In this document: piece by piece, positions 13,076 to 26,500 of the stretch
Layout of the letters: each line of letters opens with the position of its first letter
Position numbering within the stretch: the first letter of the stretch is position 1
Source of the DNA: Amphiscolops sp. MND2022
Taxonomy: Eukaryota
Reading direction: 5' to 3'
Assembly: GCA_964187785.1 (NCBI GenBank)
Contig: OZ076413.1
Coordinates: forward strand, 42,036,001-42,100,000
Length of the DNA stretch: 64,000 bases
The notes under the pieces: generated by a model
Told to the model about the DNA's origin: nothing
The model's database searches: none
What the model saw: the letters and a program-made list of their open reading frames with translations, nothing else
Position numbers and translations under genes: made by a program

Positions 13076-14894
13076 AAATGAGGCAAAAATGATTTTCAAG
13101 ATCTCCCTACTGCGGTATTGACATGGAGGTTTTTATTCAAAAAGAAAAGCTAATTAACTAGTGGTGGGGCTCTTACTGTTTGACTTTTTACACCGCGGGT
13201 TAAGAAATTGTTCGTGCATTATTTTGCGCAGTTGGGTTTTCTGTGTCCGGAAACGTGTTAACAAAGAAAAGCAATCTAGAAAAAAATTGCAAAAACAACA
13301 GTTAAAAATTCATGAGAATTATTTGGACGAATACAGAAATTCTCTCTCAGAAGAACAGAAAATAAGTCACCCAAATTTGTTTGTAAACAAAAACTAACAT
13401 CTGTCATTCTTAAATCGCTACTCACTTCACACTTCTGTATAAAACTGAAGAATGAAATATTTATAAAAATCAAGCTTTACAAACAAAATTACATTACAAA
13501 ATTTTGGGAAAAATATCAATATAAATTTTATATTATAAAATGAATCGAAATAGTGCTTTTTGGAACAGATGAACAAAAATCAAAACTTCGGTCCGTCATT
13601 AACATGGTCGAGCCGTAAAAACAATTTGAAGAAATCTCAAACCGATCTTCACCGGTAAAACTTGAGGAAATCCGGATTAAACTGACATTGAAGCATTAAA
13701 ATTTGATCAGTTTGTTGGAATTTAAAAATTTCCAGTCTCTCCATCTTCCAAAACGACAACTCTTGGGGGCGGAGCCTATTTTGAGCAGGTGATATTGTAT
13801 ACACCCACTGGTAGTCTAATAACTAATTTAAAATTCATGAGCCAAAGTATTATCAACTAAATTTTTGTCACAATGTCAACAAGGGTCCTCAACTATCTCG
13901 CAACTATCTAGAAGTATGCAAATATTATGAATTTAGTGGTCTTTCTATATTTTTTTCTCATGATTGGTTCCGCCTCCATGTTTGAGTGAGGAAACATATC
14001 GTCCACCCTCGTTGGTCGAAACAAAAACCACCCATAACGCATTTTGTGTAATTTGCATGTATAAGTCCCACACTTCTGCAAGCAAAGTAAGGATAAATGC
14101 AAATTTTCTTTAGTTTAGCAAATATTTCGGCATCTTAATGATTCATGAGGCCTGGTTACGAAATCTCAAAACTGAAAAACTCCATTTGATGAAACGCTGA
14201 ACATAACTGCATTATCCTTATCTGTGCAGAGCTGTTCCACAAAATAAATTCTGTTTACATTTAATTGCCCTAAATGAATAATTTTGGCATTTTTCTTCGA
14301 TTAAAAACAATTCTTTTTTAAACAAATTGTCTACGACAACTATTCATATTTCAGAGCAATAAATACATCACAGTTTTCGGAAGCCCTGTTCGATAGTTAT
14401 CTAATGCAATCTGAGATACATGAGTTGATTTCGTAATTGGATTACTTTTTGAATCCAAATTTACGCTTTTATGTACTATTTCAGTAGCACTTTGAAAACT
14501 ATTTCCGCCTTTGGTGCGATTTTCAAAAATCATATGGCAAGAAAATTCGATAAACGTGTTCCGATTTTGGTCCCAATGGTAATTAGATTTAATAAAGTTG
14601 ATAAAGCGTTATTTTCCAGTTAGAGAATGAAAATATTGATAAGAGCTAGATAAATGAGATTATTTCTGAATCATGTGCTCCCAATTCCTAAAAAAGCTCA
14701 GCTAATTAAATAATGATAAACACAGAAGATACTATGTACACTAGAAAAACAAAATTTCCACGGGGTTGTTTCTATCAAATGATTTTCAGGAAAATGTCTA
14801 CAAAGATATCGCGAGTGAGGTAAAAATTAGAAAAATCATGTTGGTCAAATTGACTCTGGATAGTCGAAAGTTACAATCAAACAGTGAAAAGAAA

Positions 14895-15245
14895 CAAACT
14901 GGGAACAGCCCGAGTCGGCGCCCCGCTCAAGGTTCAAAAAGAGCAAAGTGTTTTGAATATGCAAAGGTACACTATTGTAAAACATTTGTATCAAACTTAC
15001 AGCGCCAAAATACCAAAAGGGATACCCATAAGATTTGAAAACAGCCTTTCCCCAAACCCGAAACATCAAAGAACCCAATTTTTCGGAAAAATCTCATTGT
15101 GCCAAAAAGCCCAAAAGGAGACACTCTCAATTCGCAAAACGATTTTTCCAAACCAAAGACGTCCGAAAAAGTAAAGTACTTTTTGTCCAAATGATTTTTC
15201 CTCGAAAAAAAGTCGCACAGTGCCGACTAATCAAAAATATTAGAA
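14895..15245 (-). repeat. Interspersed repeat family A, reverse-orientation copy
   Basis: GGGAACAGCCCGAGTCGGCGCCC...CTCAAGGTTCAAAAA and AAAAAAGTCGCACAGTGCCG are reverse complements of family A end and subunit sequences. Confidence 0.65.
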
Positions 15246-16237
15246 CCTAGACAACAGAATTCGTACAGGGACCAGGGGCTGTTCTTCAATTGGGATGCCC
15301 GGAGGAGGAGAGGGTTGTTTTTATTGATAAGCTCCAAAATTTTTTGCAATTCAGTAAGTAATTGATACTTAGAACCCTTAAAACTACTTTCACATACTTC
15401 TTACATTCGACAAGCCTTTCAAAATTACAAGATTCTGTCAATTTTGGGAACTAAATTTCTTGTCTCCAAATCGCCAGTTTTGGAAACCGGCATGTCAAAA
15501 ATGTTTTCCATGAGCAAATGTCGGTAAGAACCCAAAAGTGGTTAGAAAATTTTAAATTCAATAAAGTGCTTCATTATCAAAGTTCAGGTACACCAAGACA
15601 GCAAATCCCTATTCCAAACGTTAAAACTTCAATAAGGGTTCCCACATTTAGGATTTTCGAACATGCAACCGAAAAATGCGAAATTCAATTTCAATAGCAC
15701 CTAACTTTCTCTCACTTTTTTGACAGACGCAAACTTACTGTTAATTTAATAACCCATGAAATGTTTTACGCAAGAAACTCTGATGCCCTAATAGTAGTCA
15801 TTAAAATTTCTTTCCAAAAGAAAGGGTTTACTAAATGAGGCTGAGGGTACATCTTGTTAACACCTTGCTTCATTTCAGGCACTGTGTCCAATATAAATCA
15901 AAATTGAACAACCTGATTACGTAATACTTCAGCTATGGATTATCAATGCGCCTCAATTGAACCAAAAAACCCTGGTGCAACAATATTCATGGAATGAATT
16001 GAACCCTTCACAATTTTCTTCACTTTGATTCAATTCGAAACTTTTATTCTCTAATTGGTTTAGTTTTTCACTCAGCATATTACGTGTCAACGTTTTCAAT
16101 ATAGTTAAATTCATGCTGCAAATGCAACTTTCAATTACTTTCTTCAATTAACCCTCGCTTGGGTGTTTCGAAATAAGCTCTGTCAAATCCAGCGATTGTG
16201 AATAATTGAGCTGAGAGATGATTCGACATAACCGACT

Positions 16238-16476
16238 ATGCGCTATTCAGTAATTGGCACAAGTTTCGCAATTTTACTTTCCTTCCTGCATTTTTCCCAC
16301 ACTTCTGACCTTATTACATGCATCCCTATTTACCTCATGGCCAACGAGTTCAAGTCCCTCCGCTGGGCCACAAGTTCAGGTCATCTGAGTGAACTGGTCA
16401 TTTCGGAAGACAACCTCGATTTCGACAAACTCAACAAAATTTGCGACATCAGACATGTCAGGTTTTTCAACTTCAG
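16238..16476 (+). CDS. Probable exon 1 of a secreted LRR protein (signal peptide + LRR-like motif)
   Basis: ATG at 16238, hydrophobic N-terminus MRYSVIGTSFAILLSFLHFSHTS, LRR-like LSELVISEDNL, canonical donor CAG|GTAAT at 16476/16477 (phase 2) that is frame-compatible with the acceptor at 18972/18973. Confidence 0.5.
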
Positions 16477-18972
16477 GTAATTTCCAAATGTTTCCAGGAT
16501 ATGACTTTTTTCTATTAATCCATTAATTCCCCGATTCATCCCCCCCCGATTCATCAGACCCCAAACTTTTTCAGATGGTGTTTTTCTTCAGATAGTATTA
16601 ATCCAAAAAAGAATCTTGAAATCATTGAAAAAATAAACTCCAATGGATTATAATTTACGATCCAGTTATTACAAACGTTAATCATTCATCACGATGACTT
16701 TTTAACTGCAAAATACATTTCAACTATGACACACACCATGCCAGTAACAGATTATGTAATTTTGAGATTAATGACGCAATTTGATACCTGTCAAAAACCA
16801 AAAAAACATCATTATCTGTAATAACTTATATAGCATTAACTCAGCTGAACATTGTCTCCGGTCAAGTCAGAAATTTATCCTTCTGTGATACACTTACGGC
16901 GAATAAAAGGACATATAAAATGGATTGCTGTATTCAAAGTAAGAAAAAAACTTTTCATGAAACTTATAAAAAACAAAGGCAATTAAATGTTTATTCGAAA
17001 TTAATTGACTGATGGTAATTTCTAAGAAAAACTTCAATGATTCGTCTCAAGAAATACTTCTTATTACACTGGTAGTATTCTTTCATCAAATTAACATGTG
17101 TTCAAACTGAATCAATTACAATTAGCTAAAACAACCTCGAAAATTCAATAAGCACTTTCGGACACTGATGCAATGTCTCCCGTAATTCTTCTCATTAACT
17201 TTGTCCCATTATCTTGCCTTGTCCACAGTTGCAATCCCAAAACAACGTGAAAGAATTGTTTCGTCGTATTGGTTACAGAAGTACACCCACAATTCGCAGT
17301 AAAGTCTGTTTGTGACACCGATTCTGTTGTCAATCTCAATACAGTTGTTGATTTGGCAATTTTTGAATAAGAATTCATAGCAAAATCGCTCTGTCCGAGG
17401 GTTTTTCATTTGGTAGTTCATGGGTCTACGTGCGCTACTAATTAACTACGTTCATATGTCCAGTGTTGGCGAGGTTTTCCTCAGTGAGCGACGAAAAAAG
17501 TGAAAGATCGTTCAACTGCACCTACATTGGTAACGGTAGAATGTTCAGTAGTCTCAAATTGTTCGCATAACTGGTCTGCGTTACCAAAAATTAATTCAAC
17601 CGTTTTCTTTCGGAGCTTTTCCAGATACTTTATCGTTCCTTTCGACAGTTTGGAAATAAATAATTGGCAAAGTGGAATGAATTCCATTTTTTAAAATTAA
17701 AATTAGAATAGTACCTAAGATACGACTAACGCTATATAGTTCAAAAATGGTTCAGAAACTGAAAAAAACAACTGTTCAGAATTATGATTTTAATGTAACA
17801 GAAATAAGCTTTTCCGCGAATGATAAGTTGCAAGAAACCCTCAGGCAAAAATTGAACTATCGACTTTTCAACGTGTTAATTCCTTATAGGGCCCAAGGTT
17901 TGAAAGCAATGATTGAAGAAAAACCAATTAAAAAAATTCAACAGACACTCAGAATGTCAAGATTACTTTTTTTCAAACTGAACAAAATCATCAAATAAAT
18001 TTGATGTTTTTTTGTGAAAAGGGGACTTTGATTTCGTTGGAAGTTTAAATTGAGGAGTCGGGAAGGGTTCGAAAAAATGCGCTTATGTAAGCACCCGGTG
18101 AAAAAGTTCCTCCAATTAAAAATTGATACAGATACAGATAAACTTCGAAGGCCTAAATAAAGCAGCCAATTAGGGTTAATGTTCCAAAACGACACCTTAA
18201 CTACAACAAAATGACTCAACCAAAATCCACGGCTCGGTTGAGTTACAAAATTGGATTCGATTGACTTTGAGAACTCAGTTGAAACAGTTTGGAAATCTAC
18301 ACAAAGCCGTCTCCATTTCTATCCCAGCAGCTGAATTGATTTTTTCTCGCAGTCAGGGCAAACATTGAAATGTATGGATGTCTAGATATATGTGTAGTAA
18401 AGCCCGCCTCGGTATCTACGGAAGCGGTCAGGGGTTTCCATTTAATTTTCAGATACGTCATCAAAAAATAAGTTGACCTTGGAAAAGATAATCAATCTGC
18501 CATCCCTGAAGAATGTAACACGTCGTAGGCATTATTGAGTAACCAAAAGTTTTTGTAAGGAGCTTTCAAAATAAATAATAAGGAAGAGTTTTGAGGCATA
18601 CATTTTGAAGACAGTACCTGAAAATTTCAACCCTGGGAAAAGCAGGAGGGTATAATGGCTCATCAAAGTTCACGGAAAAATGATGAAATATCGAACTAAG
18701 TTAACTGCCAATTGCTGATTCAATTTTTTTTCAGATAAAAGGTATTAGCCTAGAACATGATCATTACCACCGGACTAGCTAAAGTTCGGCAATATAGTTG
18801 GCATGGTGTGACTTGCGTCAAGGTGATATCAATTGACACAAGCAGCGGAGCTGTTATGATTTTATCAGATGTTTTGGGCGCAACTTTTAAGATGTTTTTA
18901 CTTTTTTCTTCCAATTTGTCCTAATTGTCCTTTCCGAGCGATGACTGAGTGAAATAATTATTTTTGTTCCAG

Positions 18973-19594
18973 TGGAAGCCGAATTTTGGTGCTCCGCAAG
19001 AACTCCATATCCAGGTTCAAGATGCAAAAAAGCGACAAGAACCAGGCACTGCAAGCGACCCTGGATTTATCTAACACAGGTCTGCAGTACATAGAACTAG
19101 GGGCCCTGGAGCCAGTACGAGAAAGTGTTAAAACCATCTACCTACAAGGCAACCATCTGCGCAGTTTTCCGGAAGAGCTTTGCTACCTGAAAAAGCTGGA
19201 AAACCTCATCCTGGATTCAAACTCCATTGCCGCCAAGCAAATCAAAATCCCATATTACTGCAGAATAGAGTCCTTGACGAGCCTTTCTTTGACAAACAAT
19301 GGGATAGAAAACCTGGGACCTCTTTTTTGTTCACATTTTCCCAATTTGAAGCAACTGAATTTGCGGGAAAACTCGTTGACAGGGACCAATTTGAGGGATA
19401 TCAATGGGTGTTCACAACTCAGTACAATTTATTGGCCCCAAAAGACAATGCCATGTTCGTGTGAAGATTTGAGAAAAACTAGTTTCGAAGTGATTGGTCC
19501 ACAAGACAAGGAGAGCAGTCGAAACACAGTTTCAAGCCTTTACACGTCAAAGTTAGTTAAGTTTTTGAAACAATACAGAACTAAAATACTTTGA
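18973..19594 (+). CDS. Leucine-rich repeat protein, main exon
   Basis: Repeated LxxLxLxxNxL motifs (TLDLSNTGL, TIYLQGNHL, LENLILDSNSI, LTSLSLTNNGI, LKQLNLRENSL), C-terminal PCSC cap-like motif; preceded by a pyrimidine-rich acceptor TTATTTTTGTTCCAG. An alternative single-exon start exists at ATG 19022. Confidence 0.8.
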
Positions 19595-19854
19595 TACAAG
19601 AAGACTATGATCAACGAATACTTTCGACTTAAAATTTCAGATTTTTCACAGACCATTCAATTCCATTTCATGATTTCATTAAAATTTTTCGAACAGAATT
19701 TCATGTAAACCACCATCATCAATGCCATCATTGTTCAATTTTACGATTAAAAAATCTTAATGAAAAGGTAACTTCATCCATTTTCATCTGTATCATGAAC
19801 CAAATGCAGTAGTTCATAAGATTTTCTTAAGACATCCGCGTTGTTCTCATTTGA

Positions 19855-20185
19855 ATGTTTCCAAAGTTCAATCTGTTTCCAAAAATTGCCCGAAAAGCTT
19901 TTCGTTTTGCTGGATCTAAAAAACTGTATGGGACCAAAGGGTCCCTCCCACCTTTGCGGTTTTCCTGGAAATGTCCAATGTTTCTGATTTTTTTCTCTCA
20001 ACATTCTCACCCTTTGTTTTTTGCCTTCAGTGAAAACGCTTTTTTAGAACCCAAAAGGCTTAGAACCTTCCTTCAATAATAGTTGACACTGAGATTTTTC
20101 AAAAACCACGCCTGAGCATACTTAGGAGACTCCGCCCTTTTTGAGCCTATAGCGGGGAGTCGACCTATGCCGATCCCAGCTTGTT
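19855..20185 (+). repeat. Interspersed repeat family A copy
   Basis: GGGACCAAAGGGTCCCTCCC, GACACTGAGATTTTTC and TTTTTGAGCCTATAGCGGGGAGTCGAC blocks match family A. Confidence 0.65.
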
Positions 20186-23067
20186 TTCATTTGATCACTG
20201 AATGAATATTGGATTACCACCAGGGAAATGATCCTTCTCATTTTACTCTTTAAAATGATCAAAAAAACTGGAGAAAACATTTCCTGTGCGCCAAACAGTT
20301 CGTAGGTGTCAAATTTCCATTTTGCTTTGCATCGCATTTGATGATCGGATTTGATTGGGTTTATAAACAGTGTTTATTTCGAGTTTATTCCTTGCATGTA
20401 ATCTGAGCATTTCCTGATTTAAAAAACTTTTTTGCATCAGTTGCAAGCTGAGATAACCCAGATTGGCCATTATAACTCACTCTCGGCTTTTCATCCATGA
20501 TAACGGCTTTTTGCTGGTGATTTTCATTACATTCGGATCATGGCTAGTAATTCATGATCTTGGCTATGATGAGAACCCATGATTCATCCATCAAGATCCA
20601 TGACAGAAAGCTAGATGTTTTGTTAACCATAAAAGCCTTTAGCAAGTCTGTGATAATTTATGCATTTCAGCAAAAACAAATCAAGACCGTTAGAATGAAA
20701 CGAATTTTATTCACAAGAAAATTTCCGGCGGAAATATGGGAAAACAAAATATTACACCTATGAAACTTCCAAAAATAGTTTCGAAATTAACTTGTTAAAT
20801 CAAATTCATAACATTGTAATTATATAAAACAAAGTTGGGTACGAAATACCATGTCTTTCACTTTCAGAAGTGGGATTACTAATTTTAACAGCATCACTAT
20901 TACAAAGTAAATGAAAATGTAGGCCTTTCCAGCTTAAATTCGTGGCTTTTCATTCATAATGACCCATGGCATCAAGGCTCTTTATCTGTACGACCAGGCT
21001 TGAAGAATTAGCAGAAAACTTTCTTCAAGAACCTACTATAACTTTTGAAATGTGATTGGTTGAATTTCAGCTGGCCGTTGACCAATCAGGATGTACGATG
21101 TGACTCATCACTTAGCAGCAAGGAGTTCCAACAGCCAATCATAATCCACAGAACGGACGTGGCATATCAACTTCATTGTTCTACGGTGCTACAATTCGAC
21201 CCTGATTTCAAATTACTAATTTTGTCAATTCTTGTTATAATCAGATGCTACTTTTAGTAATGAACGGAGTAATACTCGGCAAAACTTACATAATTTTCCA
21301 ATACATTCTTTATTTTGTCAGCGTTTTTTCAATTCAAAATTGGCGCACAACGTGAAAATATCGAGAAGACAGTGGCACTGCGATATTTTTCGTATACTGT
21401 TACAACAGAGCATTTCCAAGGGGACCTTCCAGGTTTTCTCAACTGGAAATACCACAAAACCCGAATTTGTGTTTTTAGTTCGAAAAGTCACACAGAGCCG
21501 AAATTACCCAAAGGTATGCCCCTTTAGGCTCAAAAAACGCGTCTAAACTACAGATAGTTCGAAAGATAGAACGGCAAGATTATCTCGAATTAGTGCAAAT
21601 AGTCGTGAATTGTTCGAATTCCGCCTTTTGCGCACAATTTACCGATTATACAACTTTCGTATTTGTTATTACAAAGTTTGTTATCCAAAACAATGCTGAA
21701 CAAGAAAAACTCAAGAGCAACATTCGGAATAAACAACTAAACACAATTGAACGCTATTTATTCAATGAATTTTCTATTTGATCACTGAATCATGATCCGA
21801 AGCATTTGTAAAAGGCAAAGTAATCTTTAAAGGGTTCAAATATATCTCATGAGTAATGTTGGCTAATAAAACGAAAAGCTTGAAACAACTTTTTAGTAAA
21901 CAATAAACTCTTTCAATCAATTACAGAAGTTTCCAGTATTCAGTTGCAATTTTAAAAAATTTTGTTCGTTTCACGCAGCTCAGCGTTAGAAAACTTGAGA
22001 AATTCCGGGTTTGCAAGTACCGAAAAAGCAATTTGCAGAGATTTTTCAGTATTTTGGCTTGCTGGAAAATTTCGTCAATTTAAATTACTTTTTATAGCTT
22101 TTTCATATGCAATTTTTCAACATGACTAAAAGTCATGAAATGGAAAACAGGAAACAGTTAAGGTAATGTCTTAATATTTAATGTATCACAGACCAGATTT
22201 TAGGGAGGGTAATAAACATAATTCTCAATCATATACCAGACTCAATTTTATTGCATTGAGAACAAATAATTATCAAAATCCCATCTTTAGTTTTACGACT
22301 TTGGATTTCCGAGAAAAATGACTATGAAGCTAGTTTTTTGACTGACTGATGTCAACGTTCGAGAAATCATCGTAAACATTGTTTGCGGCTTTTCGAAAAT
22401 TTTGATGATAAACTTTTAGTTGATGAGTTTTAGTTTTCAGAGAATTTTAAGTTCTTATTTACGAGTCACTCGTATCACAATGAACTTCAATGAAACTGAA
22501 CTAAACAGGTGACTGAACAAACAGGTGACTTTTTGGGCATCCGGAAAAAATAGACAAATTTTGGGCAAAACACTAGAGGACAAAATACCAAAGGACAGAA
22601 CAATGAATAGAAAAAATGCCAGCGTATGCTGATAAGTCACGTTGACAAGTTAACTTCAGTGCATCATTAACTACGTCTGGTATTTTGGGCGGAAATTTCG
22701 TTGTATTGATAAAAATTAACAACCTTCACGAAAACATACCAATTTGTTTCTTCAATTGTTTTATGATTAAACTGAGATCTTGATAAAAAGCTTCATCAAT
22801 GACACAAATTTTGAGGCAATTACATTTAATCAACTCATCGAGACGCTTATTGAGCAACGGAATATTTTCAGCCCTGACTATTTTACCAAAATACATTCGG
22901 AAAAATGTTTTCTATGGATAGTTAAAATTTGTTTTGGAAACGTTTTTCAACACCATAATTGATAGTAGTCAATGATAGCAATTATTTAACAATTAACGAT
23001 AATCATTAAGACAAGTAAACTCAATAAGAATTCACTTAAGATTCCTGAAAGATAAGCTAAAATGCGA

Positions 23068-23224
23068 GTTTTATAGAACGTTATTACCGACGACGAAATT
23101 TCTGGTAATCGTATTTTGTCCCTGTGATATTTTGACACTATAGTGTGAAAATATCCCAGGCACATAACGGGGACAAAATACGATTGTCAAAAATTTCGTC
23201 GTCGGTAATAACGTTCTATAAAAC
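23068..23224. mobile_element. 157-bp palindromic MITE-like element
   Basis: GTTTTATAGAACGTTATTACCGACGACGAAATTT at the left end is the perfect reverse complement of AAATTTCGTCGTCGGTAATAACGTTCTATAAAAC at the right end; nested inner arms AATCGTATTTTGTCCC/GGGACAAAATACGATT and GATATTTT..ACAC/GTGT..AAAATATC. Confidence 0.8.
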
Positions 23225-23526
23225 AGTACCAAAAAATACGGATCCGTATTTTTTGCGCTGATATTGTGTTCTCTGGTATTTTGACTCGTAACCAATTTTG
23301 AGTAATATAAAGTTGAAAGGCGACTATCAAAGTGTTTGAGCCAGTAATATGAATTTCAAGACTAGAAAAACAATTCAATTTCTCAAGTTTTCCATGACTC
23401 TTCAAGTTCCATGTCCGTCCGGGGTTCCGAGAAAGCTTCCCCGAAAGATGTAATGAAAATGGTGGAAAATCGTGTGAAGTAGATGGCACAGAAAACAAAT
23501 TGAAAACTAGCAATTTATTACAAGAG

Positions 23527-26500
23527 ATGGATCCAAGCAATTTCAAAGTTTGCGAAAATTGCACGATAAAAGTAACAGAACTTCACATCTGCACCCATTG
23601 CAAGAAATCTTTTTGCACAGAATGTGGCAACGAGCATTTGCAAGCCATTTTCGGGAAGCTAGACGATCTACAGGAAAAACTGCAGAAAAAACTTACAGAA
23701 TGGACACAGCTGAAGGTTACTTTTCAAACATCTTGCCAAGAAACGTTGATAAAAATTGCAGAGCTAGAAAAAGCGTTGCTGGAACTGGTCGGGAATCGAA
23801 CCTCGAACCTTCTGGATGACTGTGGGTTAGTGATGCAACGACGAATGTGGGACTATGAGAACCAAGTAGAGTTCATGCAAGAGGTTCAGAACAAACTTAA
23901 TAATGCCTCCAATGGGCTGGCGTACGATGAAATTTCATTGGGGGATGCTGATAATGCAATCCAGGAAGTGGAAAAACTGTTAAAGGAAGCAGAAAGATGG
24001 AAAAACGAATACCAAATGGATCTGAATTACGACCCAATGGATATACAGCGGGTCAACTGGTGCTTAATGACAACCGGCCACCTGTACACAAAACCCAGTG
24101 AAGAAGAAGAAAAGCTGAAAAACCGGAAGTTGAGGATAGAAAGAGCCCAACAACAGCTGGATGAGGGACTTAGCATGACACCTCTCAACAAGGACGAAAC
24201 AAAATTTGATCAGCATGACCAAGAATTCAGAAGAAATGTCACATCATCAGGTTTGAGATCTAACAATTTGAGCCCATGGTGGTCAGCTACAACAACCGGT
24301 TGGAGATCCAGTGCTTTGAACAGTAGTAATTTAAGACCCAAATACGATTCCATAAAGTCGAAAATTGTAAGACCCAGAAATTCAGTTTCTGCAGGAACAT
24401 TGGGGGATTTCTCGGAACTAACTACAAAAAGTTCTTCGGAAGGTTTGAGAAACTTGCAGATACAAGGAGGCTCCACTCCCGGAGGATCCATCGATAACTT
24501 TTTGAGGATAGGAACAGATGAAACTCTAGGTACTCTGAGTTTTCCTGGTAGAAAATATGAGCCAATTGAGTTGGGTAGTTTTTGGAGAAGCAAGTACTCA
24601 GAAGCTCAATCTCAGAGCGCTGAAAAAATGAATGAAATGTCACTGAAAGCTGAAAAAGATGAGGAGCTTCCTAGAAACAGAGTGAGTTCTTTTCTCAATC
24701 AGAATGAATGTCTTCTAACTCAGCCTTACTTAAAAGAAAGGTGGAGAGAAAGTGGTTGGTGGAAAAAGAAACCAACTCATGACTGTAATGAAAAACAACA
24801 AAGGACAGGGAAAAGTTACGAAACCCATGTGAGTTCCTCAAAAGAGGAAGAAAGAAGAACTTCATTTGATCCCAACACGCATGATCGGAGATACCCCAGT
24901 TCTTCAACTGGGACCCAAATAACAAAACCGACAACAAAGAAACCCAATGACAGTAACTCAGATTACTCTTCAGATTCTTCAATTAACTCAGAAGATTCCA
25001 AGCAGAAAGGTCAAAGTTCAAAGAAACGTTCAGACAAGGAAGCGAACGCGTCGCAAGTTCAGAAAAACAGAGTCAACGGAAATGGATTATCGTCCAAGGC
25101 AAGCTCTTGGATGGATTCAAGTGACTTCAGCAAGCATGATCGGAGAAAACTTGGAAAACAAAAAAATACATCAACAACACATGAAACAAAAACACAAAAA
25201 ACTACACAACCACAATCAAAAATAGGAAATGAGCTGAACATAGCAAATAACATTTCCAGTATGAAGGGTCAAAAAATGGGATATTCAAAAACCTTGGATG
25301 AAAAACAGAACAGTCTCTCTGGAACTTTTACCAGACATCCGGATAGACCGACTGAATTGCCCGAATGCAATACAATAGAACCAAAAATGAAGAATGCTCA
25401 ATGTCAGATAACACAGCTCGGTAGAGGCAAAATACATTTCAGCAGCAAAAGATTTCGCCAGCCAGTTAACATCGCGTCAAACAGAAAAGAGGCACAGTGT
25501 CAAATATCCAGCTCTTGGAACCGGGTAGTCGATTTCACATACCAGAAGTTTCCCGATTCCTACCCAAGATACGAAAGCAGAGGAGTTTGTTCAAGCAGAG
25601 ATACTCAAACTCAATGCCCAAGCGAGAGTCTCAGTGACCTTTTGAGACCAGAAGGTCGCCTTATAGCATCTCAATTGCAGCAGTCATCATCTAGGGAAAC
25701 TTACGCCCCGCAACAGCCAAGATTTTCGGAAAATTATGACAGGATTCAAACTGGAGACACTGAAAACACAGATTCTTGGGAAAACAAGAATCCATGGGTG
25801 TCTGCTTTCAGAGCATCGTTGAGGAATGCAACGTCATTCATGTTACCGGAGAGACAAGATGGAAGGCCTAGCCATGGCGTCTTTCAAGGGATTCCGTGTA
25901 GACAAACAGTTTCTGGAAGAAACAGAATCAATGAAAGGTCGGAAAATGATAGCAATAATAGAACCACATCTAAGAGAAGACATAGTATGAAAAAAACTCA
26001 ACAAACTCAAACAGAAGAAGTGCCTGTAAGGAATTCAGCACAGAGTCAAAATTCAACGAAGCATAAAGAGAAAGAGTTGAATATTCGTGGTGTTGAGTTG
26101 GCACATGGAACTCACAGCCTTCGTTATTCGGAAAGTCAAAATACATGCAATATACATAGCCGAAACCGCGAGAACAGCACCAATTTGGACAACTTTCAAA
26201 ACGAGAAAGTGGATGAACCGAGTAGACGGCAACGAAGAAATGATTCATCAATTCATCGAGGAACACGTACCGTTTTTGCTCCAAGTACAAGCGGAATGAT
26301 TGCAACACAACCTGTCAGAAGTGAAGGAAATGAAACAGCATTTAAATCAGAGAGAGGAAACAATTCTTGTGAAGATCGGCACATTAAAACAAGAGAAAGA
26401 CTTGGGACTTCAAGCAGCATTGGAAGCAGAATGAAAAGCTCCAGTATCACACCGACCCAGGACATAGGTGGGGACAATTGGTTGAGACATATTGCAACGG

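Noticed and set aside
1-16200. Dozens of 60-140 aa ORFs in the ORF track
   Set aside because: Many start at non-ATG codons, show no recognisable motifs, and overlap repeats; expected by chance in AT-rich eukaryotic DNA.
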